DNA of 64,000 nucleotides, taken from contig NC_057734.1 of assembly GCF_004010195.1 (NCBI RefSeq), positions 44,291,606 to 44,355,605 of the forward strand, read 5' to 3'. The stretch's first letter is position 1. The number at the start of each line of letters is the position of its first letter. Shown here piece by piece: positions 24,726 to 38,803 of the stretch. This DNA comes from Chiloscyllium plagiosum. Taxonomy: Eukaryota. A program made the translations under genes and the position numbers. Below the pieces are notes generated by a model. It saw only the letters and a list, made by a program, of their open reading frames with translations, had not been told where the DNA came from and did not search any database.

Positions 24726-26559
24726 CTATTAACTCCCATTACTCAAGAATCCCCAATTCGTATTACCTTTCTATAGTTCATCGTCCTTGATCAGTTGCAA
24801 ACGAAGAGAACATTGAAGTAACATTGACCAAGATGTCAGAAGGTCCAGGTTCGCCATGGAAAATGGTAAGAAGCAATGGAGAGAAAGGAATTAATTGTTG
24901 AAAAGCAAATTTCAGTGAGTTGAGAAGGCTTCAGACTTTGATAAATTGGAATTCGTTGGCACAGGATAAGTATGGATAGGAAATGCAGAGTCACTGTCCA
25001 TAAACGTGTGTACCTCATTTGGTGTAGTGTTTATCAGAGGGTGGGTGAATTGAAAAGTTAGTCGAAAAAAGGTGTGAGGATAAGTCTAGTAACGACAGAT
25101 CAGAGTTTCACTTCAATTTGAAAAGGTTGTTGAAACACTGAAGTAGCATGATAGTGACAGTTACTTGAATAGATTTAGCTTAATTAAGCAGGACAAGAGG
25201 TGATCTTTTTAATAGACCTGGTAAACTAACTTTGTTGTTTTTGTTTACTAGTTTATATAGTGTTGTGTGGTGCTCATGAAATTCAAAATGACGTTCCATG
25301 AAGAGACTCACACAAGAGATTTGTTCACAAACCTAACGCTCATGGAATGGAAATTTGGTTAATCAAAGTTGGTTAAGTAAGAAGAGAGAGAATCGTGGTG
25401 ACTGGTTGGACGTAAGGATTGCCGAGAGGTCGTTAGTAGGATCATTGCATCGGTTGATCCCTTTCATTGGCCTGAACATGGGAGCATAATTGACAAAATA
25501 CTGAGGTGTTTGGAATTGTGAAAAGTATATGATGGATTTCAAGAAAATAGGTTATTCCAGAAAATAGTTGACCATGGCAAGTAACATTCGTGCCGTGCAA
25601 AGTCTAAGCAATGATGATTTCCAGAAGGAGGGAGTCTAAAAATCGCCCCTTGACATCAATGGTATTGCCACTACTGAATCACTCACTATTAACATCGCGT
25701 AGATTTTCTTTGAACAGAAATTGAACTGGATTAATGACATTAATACTATGGCTTCAGCGATGCTATGAATCCTGCATCCAGTGACTCATCACCTAACTAC
25801 CCAAAGCATGTTTGTGATCTACAAGACACAAGTCACGAGTGTGGGGGAAGGCTGTCCCTTTGCCTGGAGAATTTCAGCTATTGGAAAATGACGAGCATGA
25901 AAGCTTGGGAAGGATTAAAGTATGAAGACCACTGGCGATCTGTTGCAAGGGGTCTGTGGAATGCTACACTAGTCAAAGGACCACTGTGGCAGCATGGGAT
26001 AAGGATAGTGGAATGTTCCTACACCAATTAGCAGACTACGGTTGAGGCTGAAAGGTCATTATGGCGGTGTGAGATAACAACAATTAGCAAAGTCTGCCTC
26101 GCCTGCTAAATGTCATCATGGCAGGTTGGGACAGGTCGTGACAATATTTATTTAGGACATGGCATTAAATATTTAATTAATAGTTAGTCGAGTCAGCCTG
26201 CTTGAGACCCTTGACAGTAAAATATCTAATCCTGACATTAGAATAACATTAAGTAGGGTCTGGGATGGAAGACCATTGTTGCAGAGGTGTCAGTAAAATA
26301 TCTAATCATGACATTAGACTAATATTAAGTAGAATGTAGGAAAAACCATAGTGGCAGAAGTAGAGCAACATTGGTTTACTGTGTAGCTGGAGTGAGGTAA
26401 TTCTAACTAACACAGTTAGGCATGCTGATAAGCTAAAAAAAAAACATTCAAAAATGGTGTAAAGAGCCAAAGACCTTGAGGTTTGGGGGCATTCAAGAAT
26501 TTGCTTTCTGAGTGCAATGGTTTTTTGTTTGCAAATAAAAGACCTCATCCTTGAAGAAC

Positions 26560-27637
26560 TTTCGACGTCAAACGTCCAATATGATCGTATCATCTCTACG
26601 CTTGTTCGTTCATCATTACTCCTTCATTTATAAGCGCAATAATACACTTCAATGGGAGTCAACTGGTGGATTTTGATATTAAACGTTGCCCCATATTGCT
26701 AACTCCATCCACAGGTATCAGTTAATGTTTTAAAGAGAGCACATTTGGCAACTGCACATTCATAACGGAAGCGTTGATCCATCTTCATTACCACCACCGT
26801 GCTTGGGATGGATTTTGATTACTTTCAGTAACCCAAGACTGAGCAGTCGTGAGACATTATGTCCTTTCGTCAGCAGCAAAATTGTATTCAACAAAAATCT
26901 TTAACTTCTGATCCACCATATCCCTAACTCAGCCATTACCATTAATTCTGTTGCAATGCAGAACGTGGAAGACCATGCCCAGAACAGCACCATACATATT
27001 TAAAATTAAAACATCAACCTGGTGAAATTACAACACAGAATTACTTGCATACCAACTAACTGAAACGCATGTGATGAACCAACAATGGATCAGATGCAAA
27101 TTCTGCTGTCCTGCCACAATCAATTGTGAATGGTAGTGGACTGTTAAACAATTCAGTGGATGGAAAGGCTGATCATCTACTCCCAATGTTCTGGATGTAA
27201 GTTTCATCACTGCGCTGGAAGGTTAGCTTTCAGACCTTTCGCCACCATACTTGATAACATCATCAGTGAGCCCCCGATGAAGCGCTGGTTTTATGTCCCG
27301 CTTTCTTTTTATGTGTTTAGGTTTGCATGAGTTGGTGATGTCATTTCCTGTATTGAAATCAAACCTTCCTGCTCAGTGAGCAAACTTACATCCAGAACCT
27401 CAACCTCAGCTACAAATCTACTTAGAACTCACTAATCTTACTGTTAAAAGAGCCCAGTGTAACAGGGAAGGCTGAAGCATTTGCAACAATCTTCAGTCAA
27501 AAGTGCCATGTTGGCAATCCAACTTGGCCTCCTTCAAAGGTTCCCAACATCACAGATCCCATGTCTTCAGCCTCTTCAATTCACCCTACGTGATTTTAAG
27601 AAACGATTGATGACACTAGATACTGAAAAGGCACTGT
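26560..27637 (+). repeat. Near-identical copy of 37719-38803 flanked by a 45-bp direct repeat
   Basis: Direct comparison; flanks 26516-26560 and 27638-27682 differ at 1 position. Confidence 0.95.
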
Positions 27638-28116
27638 AATGGTTTTTTGTTTGCAAATAAAAGACCTAATCCTTGAAGAACTCTCTGCGTCTCTTGGTGA
27701 TTCTCTACATTTTGTCTACGACAAGCTCCAGCATCACTCAAGAAGGTCGACACCATCCAAAGCAAAGCAACCCGCTCACCTGCCACCATATCCTCAAACA
27801 TGCACTCCCTGTATGATTGAAGCACAGTTACGTTTGGATAGTATCTTCCAAACTGACAACCATTTGCTCTAGAAACAGAAGGATAGCAGGCACACCAACA
27901 CATCAACAAATGAAAGCTTCCCCCTGAACCACCCACCATGCTGACCGAGGAATATTTTACCTTTGTTTCACTGTTACTAAGTTGAACGCCTGGAATTTCC
28001 CTGCCAACACATTGCAGGTGTAATTCACACTTGGACTGCAAGATGCCAACTCACCACTACCTTCTCAAAGGCAATGAGGAATAGATGATAACTGCCAGTC
28101 AGCAACATACACATAC

Positions 28117-29180
28117 TAGATTAGAGTGGCGCTGGAAAAGCACAGCAAGTCAGACAGCATCCGAGGAGCAGGAAAATCAACGTTTTGGCCAAAAGCCCTT
28201 CAGCTGGAATGGAGGCAGGAAGCCTCCAAGGTGGAGACATAATGCTGAGCTGGAAGTTTGGAACTGGGGTAAGGTGGAGGGAGGGGAAATGAGGAAACTG
28301 GTCCACAATGATGCCCTGCGGTTGAAGTGTTCCGAGGTGGTAGATGAGGCATTCTTCCTCTAGGTGGTGAGGGAGTGGTGGTGGAGGAGGCCCAGGACTT
28401 GCATGTCCCTGGCAGAGTGGGAGGAGGAGTTGAAATGTTAGCCCACAGGGAGATGGGGTTGATTGGTGCGGGTGTCCCAGTGATGTTCCCCAAAGCACTC
28501 TGTGAGGAGGCAACCATCTCCCCAATGTAGAGGAGACTGTGTCAGGAGAAACTGATACAATAAATGACATTGGTGGATGTGCAGGTGAAATTTTTATGGA
28601 TGTGGAAGGATCCTTTGGGGCCTTGGCTGGAGGTGAGGAAGGAGGTGTGGGCGCAGGTTTGCAATTCCTGCTGTGGCAGGGGAAGGTGCCAGGACAGAAG
28701 GGTAGGTTGTTTGGGGGCACGTGGACCTAACCAGGTAGTTTTTTGCGGAAAGTGGAAAGGGGTGGTGAGGGAAATATGTCTCTGGTGGTGGGGTCCGTTT
28801 GGAGGTGACGGAAATGTCAGCGGATGATGCGGTTTATGCAAAGGTTGGTAAGGTGAAAGGTGAGGGCGGGGGGTGCTGTCCTTGTTACGTTTGGAGAGGC
28901 GGGGTTTGAGGGCAGAGGTGCGGGATGTGGATGAGATGCATTGGAGGGCATCTTCAACCATGCGGTCTCTAAAGTAGGAGGCCATCTGGTGTGTTCTGTG
29001 GTGGAAATGGTCCTCCTGTGAGCAGATGCGGCAGAGGCAGAGGAATTGGGAATACTGGATGGCATTTTTGCAGGAGGTAGGGTGGGAAGAAGTGTAATCC
29101 AGGTAGCTGTGGGAGTCAGTGGGTTTGTAAAAAATGTCAGTGTCAAGTCGGTCATCATAAATGGAGATGGAGAGGTCCAG
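28117..29180 (-). mobile_element. Penelope-like element (RT C-terminus, GIY-YIG, terminal repeat)
   Basis: KGSFHIHKNFTCTSTNVIYCIS, EEECLIYHLGTLQPQGI; same terminus family as 8893-9100. Confidence 0.85.
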
Positions 29181-29544
29181 GATAGCGTCTTTCCCCCCTG
29201 GTTACATCCCCTTTCACCTCACTGAAATTGACACTGACAATTCTTGCCTTTTGTCCCTTGCCATTTTTCATAAATAAACAAAACATGATAGTATGATTAA
29301 TGATCCTTTAAAGGTCCCCTTATTTCTCAGAATTAGATATTGCATGGCTCCTCTTCCTTTGCCCACGGATGCAGGCTGGTGGAATTGGCAAACACGTGGC
29401 AAGTGTAAATTGAGGGAAAAATGTCAACTGGGGTTCTCTAGTAGCAAAAAGAAAGAAGGCCCATGTCGGAGCAGATCTACCTGGTGGAGCATTTAGGCAA
29501 CTCGTTGAAGGCAGAAGAGCAGTGTGGGAAAGTAATTATTAAAC

Positions 29545-29825
29545 TACAGGGCATAGGTTTGGGGTGAGAAGAGAAAGATTTAAAAGGGACCTAATTGGCA
29601 ATTTTGTAATGTAGAGTGTGGTGCGTGTACCAAAAGAGCTGGCAGAGGAAGTGGTGGAGGCTGGGACAATTATAATATTTTAAGCACATCTGGATGGGTA
29701 TTTGAATAGGAAGGGTTTCGGGGGATATTGTTCAAGTGGCGACAAAGGGGATTAGATTAACTCAGGATATCTGGACGACTTTGACAGAAGGGTCTGTATC
29801 CATGCTGCACATCTCTATGACTGTA
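29545..29825 (+). mobile_element. CR1 3' end fragment
   Basis: GGGCATAGGTTT..GAGGAAGTGGTGGAGGCTGG..CTCTATGACT tail like 60325-60650. Confidence 0.75.
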
Positions 29826-30659
29826 AGACAAAAATATTAATAACAAGGTATCCTGGGCTCCATAGACAGATGCACAAAGTGCAACATAAAGGTGTCACAG
29901 CGAATTTTCAAAAAACAGAACTTCATGCTCAACTAGCATTGTGTCCAGTTCTGAGTACCACGACTTTGGAAGAATCTCAATTCACTCTGGATTGTACAGA
30001 AAACTTTATATGAATGGTTCTAGTGATGTGTGACTTCTGTTACGGGAATGGATTTAAGAAGCTGGAGTTTTTCAATGAATAGAAAAATTTCAAAGGAGAT
30101 TGCTTTGACGTATTCGAAATGATGAGGAAATCAAAAGGGTAGCTATGGAGAAATATTGCTGCCATGAGTTAAAATCTGAAATACTATTTTAATGTGAATT
30201 GAAAAGAAGCAAAGGTGATATAAGAAACACTGTATTTTAATCTCAGACTTATTAAGATATCTGCTGCAATGTTTGATATTGTGATCGATACAAATTTAAT
30301 CCTGGATCTCAATAGGGAATTGGGTAACTTTTAAAGAGATGTATTTGCAAGGCTACTGGGCAAGAATGGTGCAGTCAATCCTCGCCGAGTTATTCTTGTG
30401 GACGACCTGATGGATACGATGGTCCAAATGGCCTTGTTCTGTTCTGTTATTATTCAATGATACTCTAACATCATTGACATTGGTTACACCTGGACCCAGT
30501 TAGACATGCAACAAATGTTATGTATGCACAGAGACAGGGAAGGGGATTTTGTGGGACGAAATACAAATGAAGAACGCCTATGGCACAAGAGGGTAAATGT
30601 AAACTGACCAAGAGAAAGGAATTGATCCAAGGCAGCAGTAAATGGCAGCTGTAAAGTTA

Positions 30660-30915
30660 GGGAGGCTCGGTGGCTAGCACTGTTGTCTCAGAGTGCCAGG
30701 GACACAGGTTAGATTCCAATCTTGGGCGACAGTTTGGGGTTTTAGCATTCTTCCAATGTCTGCGTGGCTTTCTTCCGTGTGCTCTAAAGATGTGCAGGCT
30801 CAGCGGATTAGCCGCGGGAAATACAAGGTTGCAAGGATAGTGTGGGATGCTCTTCTGAGGGTTAGTGTGGACTCGATGGGACGAATGGACCGTTTCCACA
30901 CTAATGGATTCCAAG
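30660..30915 (+). mobile_element. HE1/V-SINE-like tRNA-derived SINE
   Basis: GGTGGCTAGCACTGTTGTCTCAGAGTGCCAGGGACACAGGTTAGATTCC head; homologous to 59121-59405. Confidence 0.75.
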
Positions 30916-31639
30916 ATTCCACATATGGTTATACAATACAGATGAGGCCGTTGGGCTTATCAAGTCGACATCACCAAAAATTACCTCCTCCTCCTCACCT
31001 GCACAAGTTCATGTGCTTTAATGTTATGATGATTCATCTGGGTAATTCAAGATAGAGGACAGGAAAAAGTTGTGGCTATAAGAGCTGTTCCTTTTTTGAG
31101 GTATTTTATGCATTTGAGGTGATTTCTTGGAATTCCTGGTGCAGCAATTACTGTTTTATATGCTGTTGCATTGTTTTGAAACGTTGCGGGACAAAAGATC
31201 AAAGCAACAGCACTTTAAAAAGGAGGAAGACAGGCAAAGCCTTGATCTGACCACATGATCAGAGAAAGAAACTTATACTGCTATCTGACACAGCAGTGAA
31301 TCTGCATAGTTACTGTCTTTGCTGCTCGAGTTCAAGTATCTCTGGACGTTGGAGTGCATCCAGGAAACATTAACATACAGCAAAATTCACAGCTGATTAT
31401 GGAGGAATCATGGTGGGAGAGCTCACAGCACAGGAACTGGTAAGTGCATAGTTTATAAGGATAGCCTTGCTGTAAATCTACAATAGTGAGTAGAATGGCT
31501 TCTTTCTTGATTATGTGTTTTATTTCGATCTGTGTCTCATTTAACTTTTAGAAATATAATCCAGAAGTATGAAGTTAGGCTGGAGCACTTTTTTTTAGAG
31601 CAATAAGATGATGTCATTTTCTGGGTCTGTAGATTGTAA

Positions 31640-34205
31640 AGGTGGTCTTTTAGGATAGCGATGTGCTCTTGCTATCAGATATGGGAATTTAGGGGAGTTG
31701 CTAACGATTATTTATGCAGAAGTATCTTTGGTTGCAAATATTATCACATTGCATGGATCAGGTGAAGCAGCAGTTAGAGGCAATAAGGAATTTACTAGAG
31801 CTAGGAGGTTACTGGATGGCAGTTATAGGAAAGGAGAAAAGCCGCAGACACAATCAGGCAGATGGGTTAACTCCAGGAAAGGTAGGAGGGAGTGAGAGGC
31901 AGTGCAGGAGTCTGTAGGGGTGATCCACATCTCAAACAAGTATGCTGTTTTGGAAAATGCGGGGGGGTGGGGGTGGAGGTGATGGACTCTCAGTGGAATG
32001 TAACATGAACAGCTAAGTTTCTGGTCCTGAGAATGGATCTAATTTAATGAGGGAATGTCGGGTTCCAAGCAATCGATTATGGTAGGGGATTGGCTAGTCA
32101 GAGGCACAGACAGATGTCTCTTCGGTCAGCAGTGAAAAATCAGAGTGTTGTGTTACCTCGCTGTTGTCATGATCAAGGATATCTCAGAGAGGGTACAGGA
32201 CGTTCTCAACCGGCAGAGGGACCAGCAGGTGGTCGCTATACACATTGGAGTTAACAACATAGGAAGGGAGAAGGATGAGATTTTGAAGGGAGAATGTAGA
32301 AAGTTTGGCTGGAATTTAAAAAGGATGTTCTCGAGTGTAGTAATATCTGGATAACTCATGGTTTATGAGCAAGTGAGGGTAAGAATAGGATGATAGAGCA
32401 GATGAATTCATGTCTGAGGCAGTGGTGCAGGGAAGAAGGGTTCACGTTTTTGGAACACTGGAATTTCTTCTGGACAGAAGTGACCTGAAGAAGAATGGAT
32501 TGCATCTGAATTACCAGGGGAGTAATGTATACTGGTAGGGAGAATTGGTAGAGCTGCTCTGGAGGATGTAAACCAGTAAGTTGGGGGTAGGGTGTGGCAG
32601 GAAAATAGTGAGGAAAGACATCAATTTCAGACTGGGACAGTTGGGAAAAGGAGTGAGTCAAACAGTCAGGGCAGGCAGCAACAAAGCAGAGAGCAAGGTA
32701 TGACAGATAAATTAAACTGCATTTATTTCAATGCAAGAAGCCTAACAGGGAATACAGATGAACTCAGGGAATGGTTAGGAACATGGGACTAGGATATCAT
32801 AGCAATTACAGAGACGTGGCTCAGGGATGGACAGGGCTGGCAGCTGAATGTTCCAGAATACAAATGCTATAGCAATGATAGAAAAGGGGACGGGTGATAA
32901 TATTTTTGTTAAGGGATAGCATTTGGGTGGAACTGAGAAATACGAAAGGAATAGTCACATTATTTGGATTATATTATAGACTCCCCCCCCTCCCCCCTCC
33001 CCCCCCCCCCCCCACAGTAGTCAGCAAAACATTGAGAAACAAATTTTTAAGGAGATGTCATTTATCAGTTCGAACAATAGGGTGGTTATGGTAGGCGATT
33101 TTAACTTTCCAAATATAGACTGGGACTGCCACAGTGTTTAGGGTTTAGATGGAGAACAATTTATTAAATGTGTACAAGAAAACGTTTTGATTCAGTATGT
33201 GGATGTACCTAGGAGAGAAACTGCAAAACCTGACATACTCTTGGGAAATAAGTCAGGGCAGGTGACTGAGGTGTCAGATGTGGAGCACTTTGGGGTCAGC
33301 GACCATAATTCTATTAGTTTTCAAATAGCAATGGAAAAGCATGGACCGGATTAAAAAGTTGAAGCTCTAAATTGGAGGAACGCCAATTTTAGTGATATTG
33401 GGTTCGAACTTTCAAACCTTGACTGGGAGCCGATGTTCACAGGTATTCAGGATAAAATGGTAACTAGGGAGTGAATATGGCCGTTCAAAGGCCAGCAAGG
33501 CAGCCTTTGTGTGGAACCACAGGAGATGAGGTTGTTACTAAACGAGTATTTTGCATCAGTGTTTACTACAGAGAAGATACAGAATGTGGGGCAACAGATT
33601 ATGATATCTTGAGAAATGTCCATTTTACGAGAAAGAGGTGTTGGATGTCTTACAATGCATAAAAGTTGACAAATGTCCAGGACCTAATCAGGCATACCCT
33701 AGAACTCTGTGGGAAGCTAGTGAAGTGATTGCTGGGTCCCTTGCTGCGATATTTGCTTCATCGATAGTCACAGGTGAGGTGCCAGAAAACAGGAGGTTGG
33801 CTTACATGGTGCCACTATTTAAGAAAGGTAGAAAGCCTTACTACTGAAATCGGTGGTGGGCAAGTTGTTGGAGGAATCCTGAGGGACAGTGGTGGGCAAG
33901 ATGTTGGAGGGAATCCTGAGGGACAGGATTTACATGCATTTGGAAAGGCAAAGACTGATTAGGGATAGTCAACATGGCTTTGTGCATAGGAAATCATGTC
34001 TCACGAACTTGATTGAGGTTTTTGAACAGGTAACAAAGATTGATGACGGCAGAGTGGTGGACATGATCTGTATGGATTTCAGTAAGGTGTTCCTCATGGT
34101 ACACTGATTAACAAGTTAGGTCATATAGAATACAGAGAGAACTAGCCATTTAAATACAAAACTGGCTTGAAGGTAGAAGACAGAGATTGGTGGTGGATGG
34201 TTCCT
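31640..34205 (+). mobile_element. Degenerate CR1 LINE (ORF1 esterase region, ORF2 endonuclease and start of RT)
   Basis: GDWLVRGTDR, IHIGVNNIG, CIYFNARSL, GDFNFPNIDW, SQHGFV..SCLTNL. Confidence 0.9.
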
Positions 34206-34419
34206 TTTTAGCATCAGACACCGAAAAACAAGGATAAATCTCACCATCCTGAGCATGGCATTTCCTGTGAACATGCCACTATATCCAGGTAACTAAGTGA
34301 AGAGTGAGAATCGATGCAAATGAAGCAAAACAGCCTCATGCCTCACATCAAAAAGTTGCAGCATATAATTCATATGCACGAATTTATAGGCAGTTCTGCA
34401 TAAGTTAAAACTTCATCAA

Positions 34420-34800
34420 AGAACCATTAGGCGATCTGTGTGTACAGGCAGATAGCCACGATCATCCATTTTACAGAGGCTGTGTGGATAATCACCAACC
34501 CTCAGGGTTCACATCAGAGGATGAGCCTAGGTTTTCAGGAGGTATCAACAATATCAAGCATGTCATATTGCTGACTTTTTGAAGTGTATTTCATTTGTTA
34601 TGTTACGGGAAACAGGCAAATAATTATTCTAAATTTCAGAGCAAAGTTCAAGCAAGGAAGGGTCTGTAATTTTCCAAGACTGTCGATTCCCTAAATGTGG
34701 CAATTGATCGCTTGCATGTTGCTTTGCAAATTCTGATCTAACAAAAAACAACCTCAACGATCTCAGCAGGTGGACCTTCCAATCTCAAAATGTTCGCATT
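34420..34800 (+). mobile_element. Possible PIF/Harbinger transposase relic
   Basis: FPK..AIDRLHVALQ (34700-29) and FQSQNV resemble the GAIDCTHV and FHSINVQ motifs. Confidence 0.4.
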
Positions 34801-37718
34801 AGAGATGCTCCACCATTTTCTTTGACAGGGTGAATGCTGTGTGGTGATTTGATAAAAGTTTTCAAAATCATGAAGTGTCGGACAGAACTAATAACGCGAA
34901 ACACTCTCACTTGCAAAAATGTCGAAAACCACAGGGCACCATCTTAAAGTGTTTTGCCAAAGAAAGAAATGAGATGCAAAGAAACTAAAATCCATTCACA
35001 CAGCAAATGGTCATAGAGTCATAAACATCTACAGCACAGAAAAGGTCCTTCAGCCGATTGAGTCTCTACCAGTGAAATGATCTAACTGTTCTTATCTCAT
35101 TTACCAGCATATGACCTGTAGCCTTATATGCCTTGGTATCACTAGTGTGCCATCTAAATACTTAAATGATACGAGGTTTTCGGTTTCTGGCATCCTTACA
35201 GGCAATGAGTTCCAGATTCTCACCGACCTCAGAATGAAACAAAATATTTTCTCAGATTTCCTCTAAACCTCCTGCCTCTTACCGTGTTTGAGATGTACTG
35301 TCTGCAATTTTGTGGAAACAGGCTTGACTGAAACAGTCAAGAGGACATTGTTTGATAATTTAAGTAGAAGGAACGAGCAGGGAAAACGTGGTAAGGAAAT
35401 AGCAAGCACTAAGTCAAAATACCCAGACAGCCAAAGGCGGACACCATTGGTTGAATGGGCTTCCTCCTACACCATTCCTGTGCTGCAGTCTATAGTATAT
35501 GAAATATCATTCAGATAATTGTTCATGATAATACACAACGTGGTGAAAATTGTTGCAATACTTCGTGATTTTTTGCAACAAGCCTCACACAACTCATTTA
35601 CTCTTTACGTTTGGCATTAGGCATTTGAGTGACAAAGTCTGTTTTATGCATTCCTATTTTATTGTATCAAAACCAGCAATGCATCGTGGTGGTAATGCAT
35701 TCTCTTTCAAGATGCACTACAGGAACTCTTAAAGGTTCCAGCAATAGCAGCTCCCAAGTCCCATAGTGCTCTCATTAGAACAAAACAAAAGGAAGGCGTG
35801 AAGGAACAGCATCATCTGCAAGTTTTCCTCCAAGTCCCGGTTGTGATTTTAGAGCTACACATGCAGGTTAAAGGAAAATGTGATCGACATTGTGCAATGC
35901 CCTAAGTTAGACTTTGCTCGAAAATCTGCAAAAGTAGTTGACCAATAAGTTTACCAAGAGCCAGTCTAAGATGGCAGAGCGTTTTAGTGCCCGATGCTAT
36001 CTTGATTCCGCTGGCAAGGGCAAGTGAGTACCTTCTGGTAATTTTGGACAGACCTGTGTAAGTCAAAATCAGCAATCAGTGGCAGTGTTCCACCCCCACT
36101 CCACTTCAGCTGACAGTCCTATTCGAATGACATAAATGAATAGTTTTGATGATGATGCTCGCACAAACATTTGTATTTCTATGCTATTGAATGCTATCAC
36201 TCAATGCTATCACTCCGTGTTTCTTATGATCTTGAGTGCGATCTCATTTTTCTGCCGGCTGCTTAATTTGTTGGGGCTGTCAATTAATTGAATCATGCAT
36301 TGCCTTTTTACCTGGATTCCTCCATATGATGCTGAGGTATAAAGACATTACTGTCGTTACAACGCTCTGCACTCTAATTCCTAACTGGGCCAGCATCCTT
36401 CACTGTTTTCATTGGATTCACGTTGTTGATCACTTCTCTGCGTACACAACGATCGAGGAAACCTTTGTGGTCCAATCACCAGGAATTTCCAGGAGCTACT
36501 CCTACTCCACGGATGTAACTTTTAAGGATGTTCCAAGAAGCTGGATTATAAAGGATTAATGTAATCCTGTCGGTTACACACGATTATCGGGCAATTTATG
36601 AAAGAGTATTTAGGACCCAGAGAAATTCACGAACTACGTTACATAGTCTTGTCAGGACGTCAGGTCTGTTGCTACAACTCCTGTGCACTTTCCCAATTTG
36701 ACAAGCAGACACTTAATTGTCAGTGTCAATACAATAAGCTAAAAAAAAACAGCATTTTCTGGATTCCAAAGTACTATGCCCATTGTGCAGGGGCAATGGT
36801 GACAGAATCTTAACGCTATTGATTTAACAATCCATCGGCCCAAGGCACGTTTCTGCCAACAGAGTTCAAATCCCGACAACGTACCTTCTTGTGGAATTAC
36901 AACTCAATTGGTAAACTCTGGAATTGAAAATATCATTGATAGTTGGCAACACATATCTATTACAGTAATATCCTCCAGAGAAGGAAAACCTATCTGGTTT
37001 GGCCTACTCGTGAAACCAGATCTATGGAAATGCGCTGTGTTCTCAGCAACCGAATGAAATAGCTGAACAATCGATTAGGGATGGACAAAAACTATTAGCT
37101 TTGCTAGTGATGTTCTCTTCCCAATAAAGAATAAGTAAATAAAATGTACAAAATTGTCATCAGGTTCACGATAGCCTTGAATGCCCGTTCTTTCTGAAGT
37201 TCACAGTCTATTAAATAGTTGGCTTACATCTCAAACGTAGGAGCACATCACCTTCTCCTCATCTATCAGCTGGTAGGCGCTGACGATCTCTAGCTGTAAT
37301 ATGTTATCAGGCCACTAGGTGGTAATATTGTATCATATATGTTTTAGATTAGATTAGATTCCCTACAGTGCGGAAACAAGCCTTCGGCCCAACCAGTCCA
37401 TACCGATCCTCCATGTTTGTCAAGTAAGGCTATGTGAAAGATTTCTTTGGAAATCCTGCTGTAAGATACATACCATTTACTATGTACAAACCAGGAAAGT
37501 AGCATTTATATTAAGACTAGCTATAATTCTTTACTTAAACTCTTTGATGCTTCATGAATTGTCCACAGCTCCGTTGCTTAAATTTGGTCCATAAAATCTC
37601 AAGGACAACTAAAACATGTGTTCGACCGCATGACATTGAATCAATAAGTAACGATGGGACATTAGTACCACCTTGCATGTTCAACAATTCATCATTACAT
37701 TGTATCGGAAGTTCCAGA

Positions 37719-38803
37719 TTTCGACGTCAAACGTCCAATATGATCGTATCATCTCTACGCTTGCTCGTTAATTATTACTCCTTCATTTATAAGCGCAATA
37801 ATACACTTCAATGGGAGTCAACTGGTCGATTTTGATATTAAACGTTGCCCCATATTGCTAATTCCATCCACAGGTATCAGTTAATGTTTTAAAGAGAGCA
37901 CATTTGGCAACTGCACATTCATAACGGAAGCGTTGATCCATCTCCATTACCACCGTGCTAAGTGGGATGGATTTTGATTACTTTCAGTAACCCAAGGCTG
38001 AGCAGTCGTGAGACATTATGTCCTTTCGTCAGCAGCAAAATTGTATTCAACAAAAATCTTTAACTTCTGGTCCACCATATCCCTAACTCAGCCATTACCA
38101 TTAATTCTGTTTCAATGCAGAAGGTAGAAGACCATGCCCAGAACAGCACCATACATATTTAAAATTAAAACATCAGCCTGGTGAAGTTACAGCACAGAAT
38201 TACTTGCATACCAACTAACTGAAACGGCATGTGATGAACCAACAATGGATCAGATGCAAATTCTGCTGTCCTGCCACAATCAATTGTGAATGGTAGTGGA
38301 CTGTTAAACAATTCAGTGGACGGAAAGGCTGATCAACTACTCCAATGTTCTGGATGTAAGTTTCATCACTGCGTTGGAAGGTTAGCTTTCAGACCTTTCG
38401 CCACCATACTTGATAACATCATCAGTGAGCCCCCGATGAAGCGCTGGTTTTATGTCCCGCTTTCTTTTTATGTGTTTAGGTTTGCATGAGTTGGTGATGT
38501 CATTTCCTGTATTGAAATCAAACCTTCCTGCTCAGTGAGCAAACTTACATCCAGAACCTCAACCTCAGCTACAAATCTACTTAGAACTCACTAATTTCCA
38601 ATCTTACTGTTAAAAGAGCCCAGTGTAACAGGGAAGGCTGAAGCATTTGCAACAATCTTCAGTCAAAAGTGCCATGTTGGCAATCCAACTTGGCCTCCTT
38701 CAAAGGTTCCCAACATCACAGATCCCATGTCTTCAGCCTCTTCAATTCACCCTACGTGATTTTAAGAAACGATTGATGGCACTAGATACTGAAAAGGCAC
38801 TGT
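37719..38803 (+). repeat. Donor segment for the 26560-27637 copy
   Basis: The old LINE sequence continues naturally past 38803 here but is cut off in the other copy. Confidence 0.9.
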
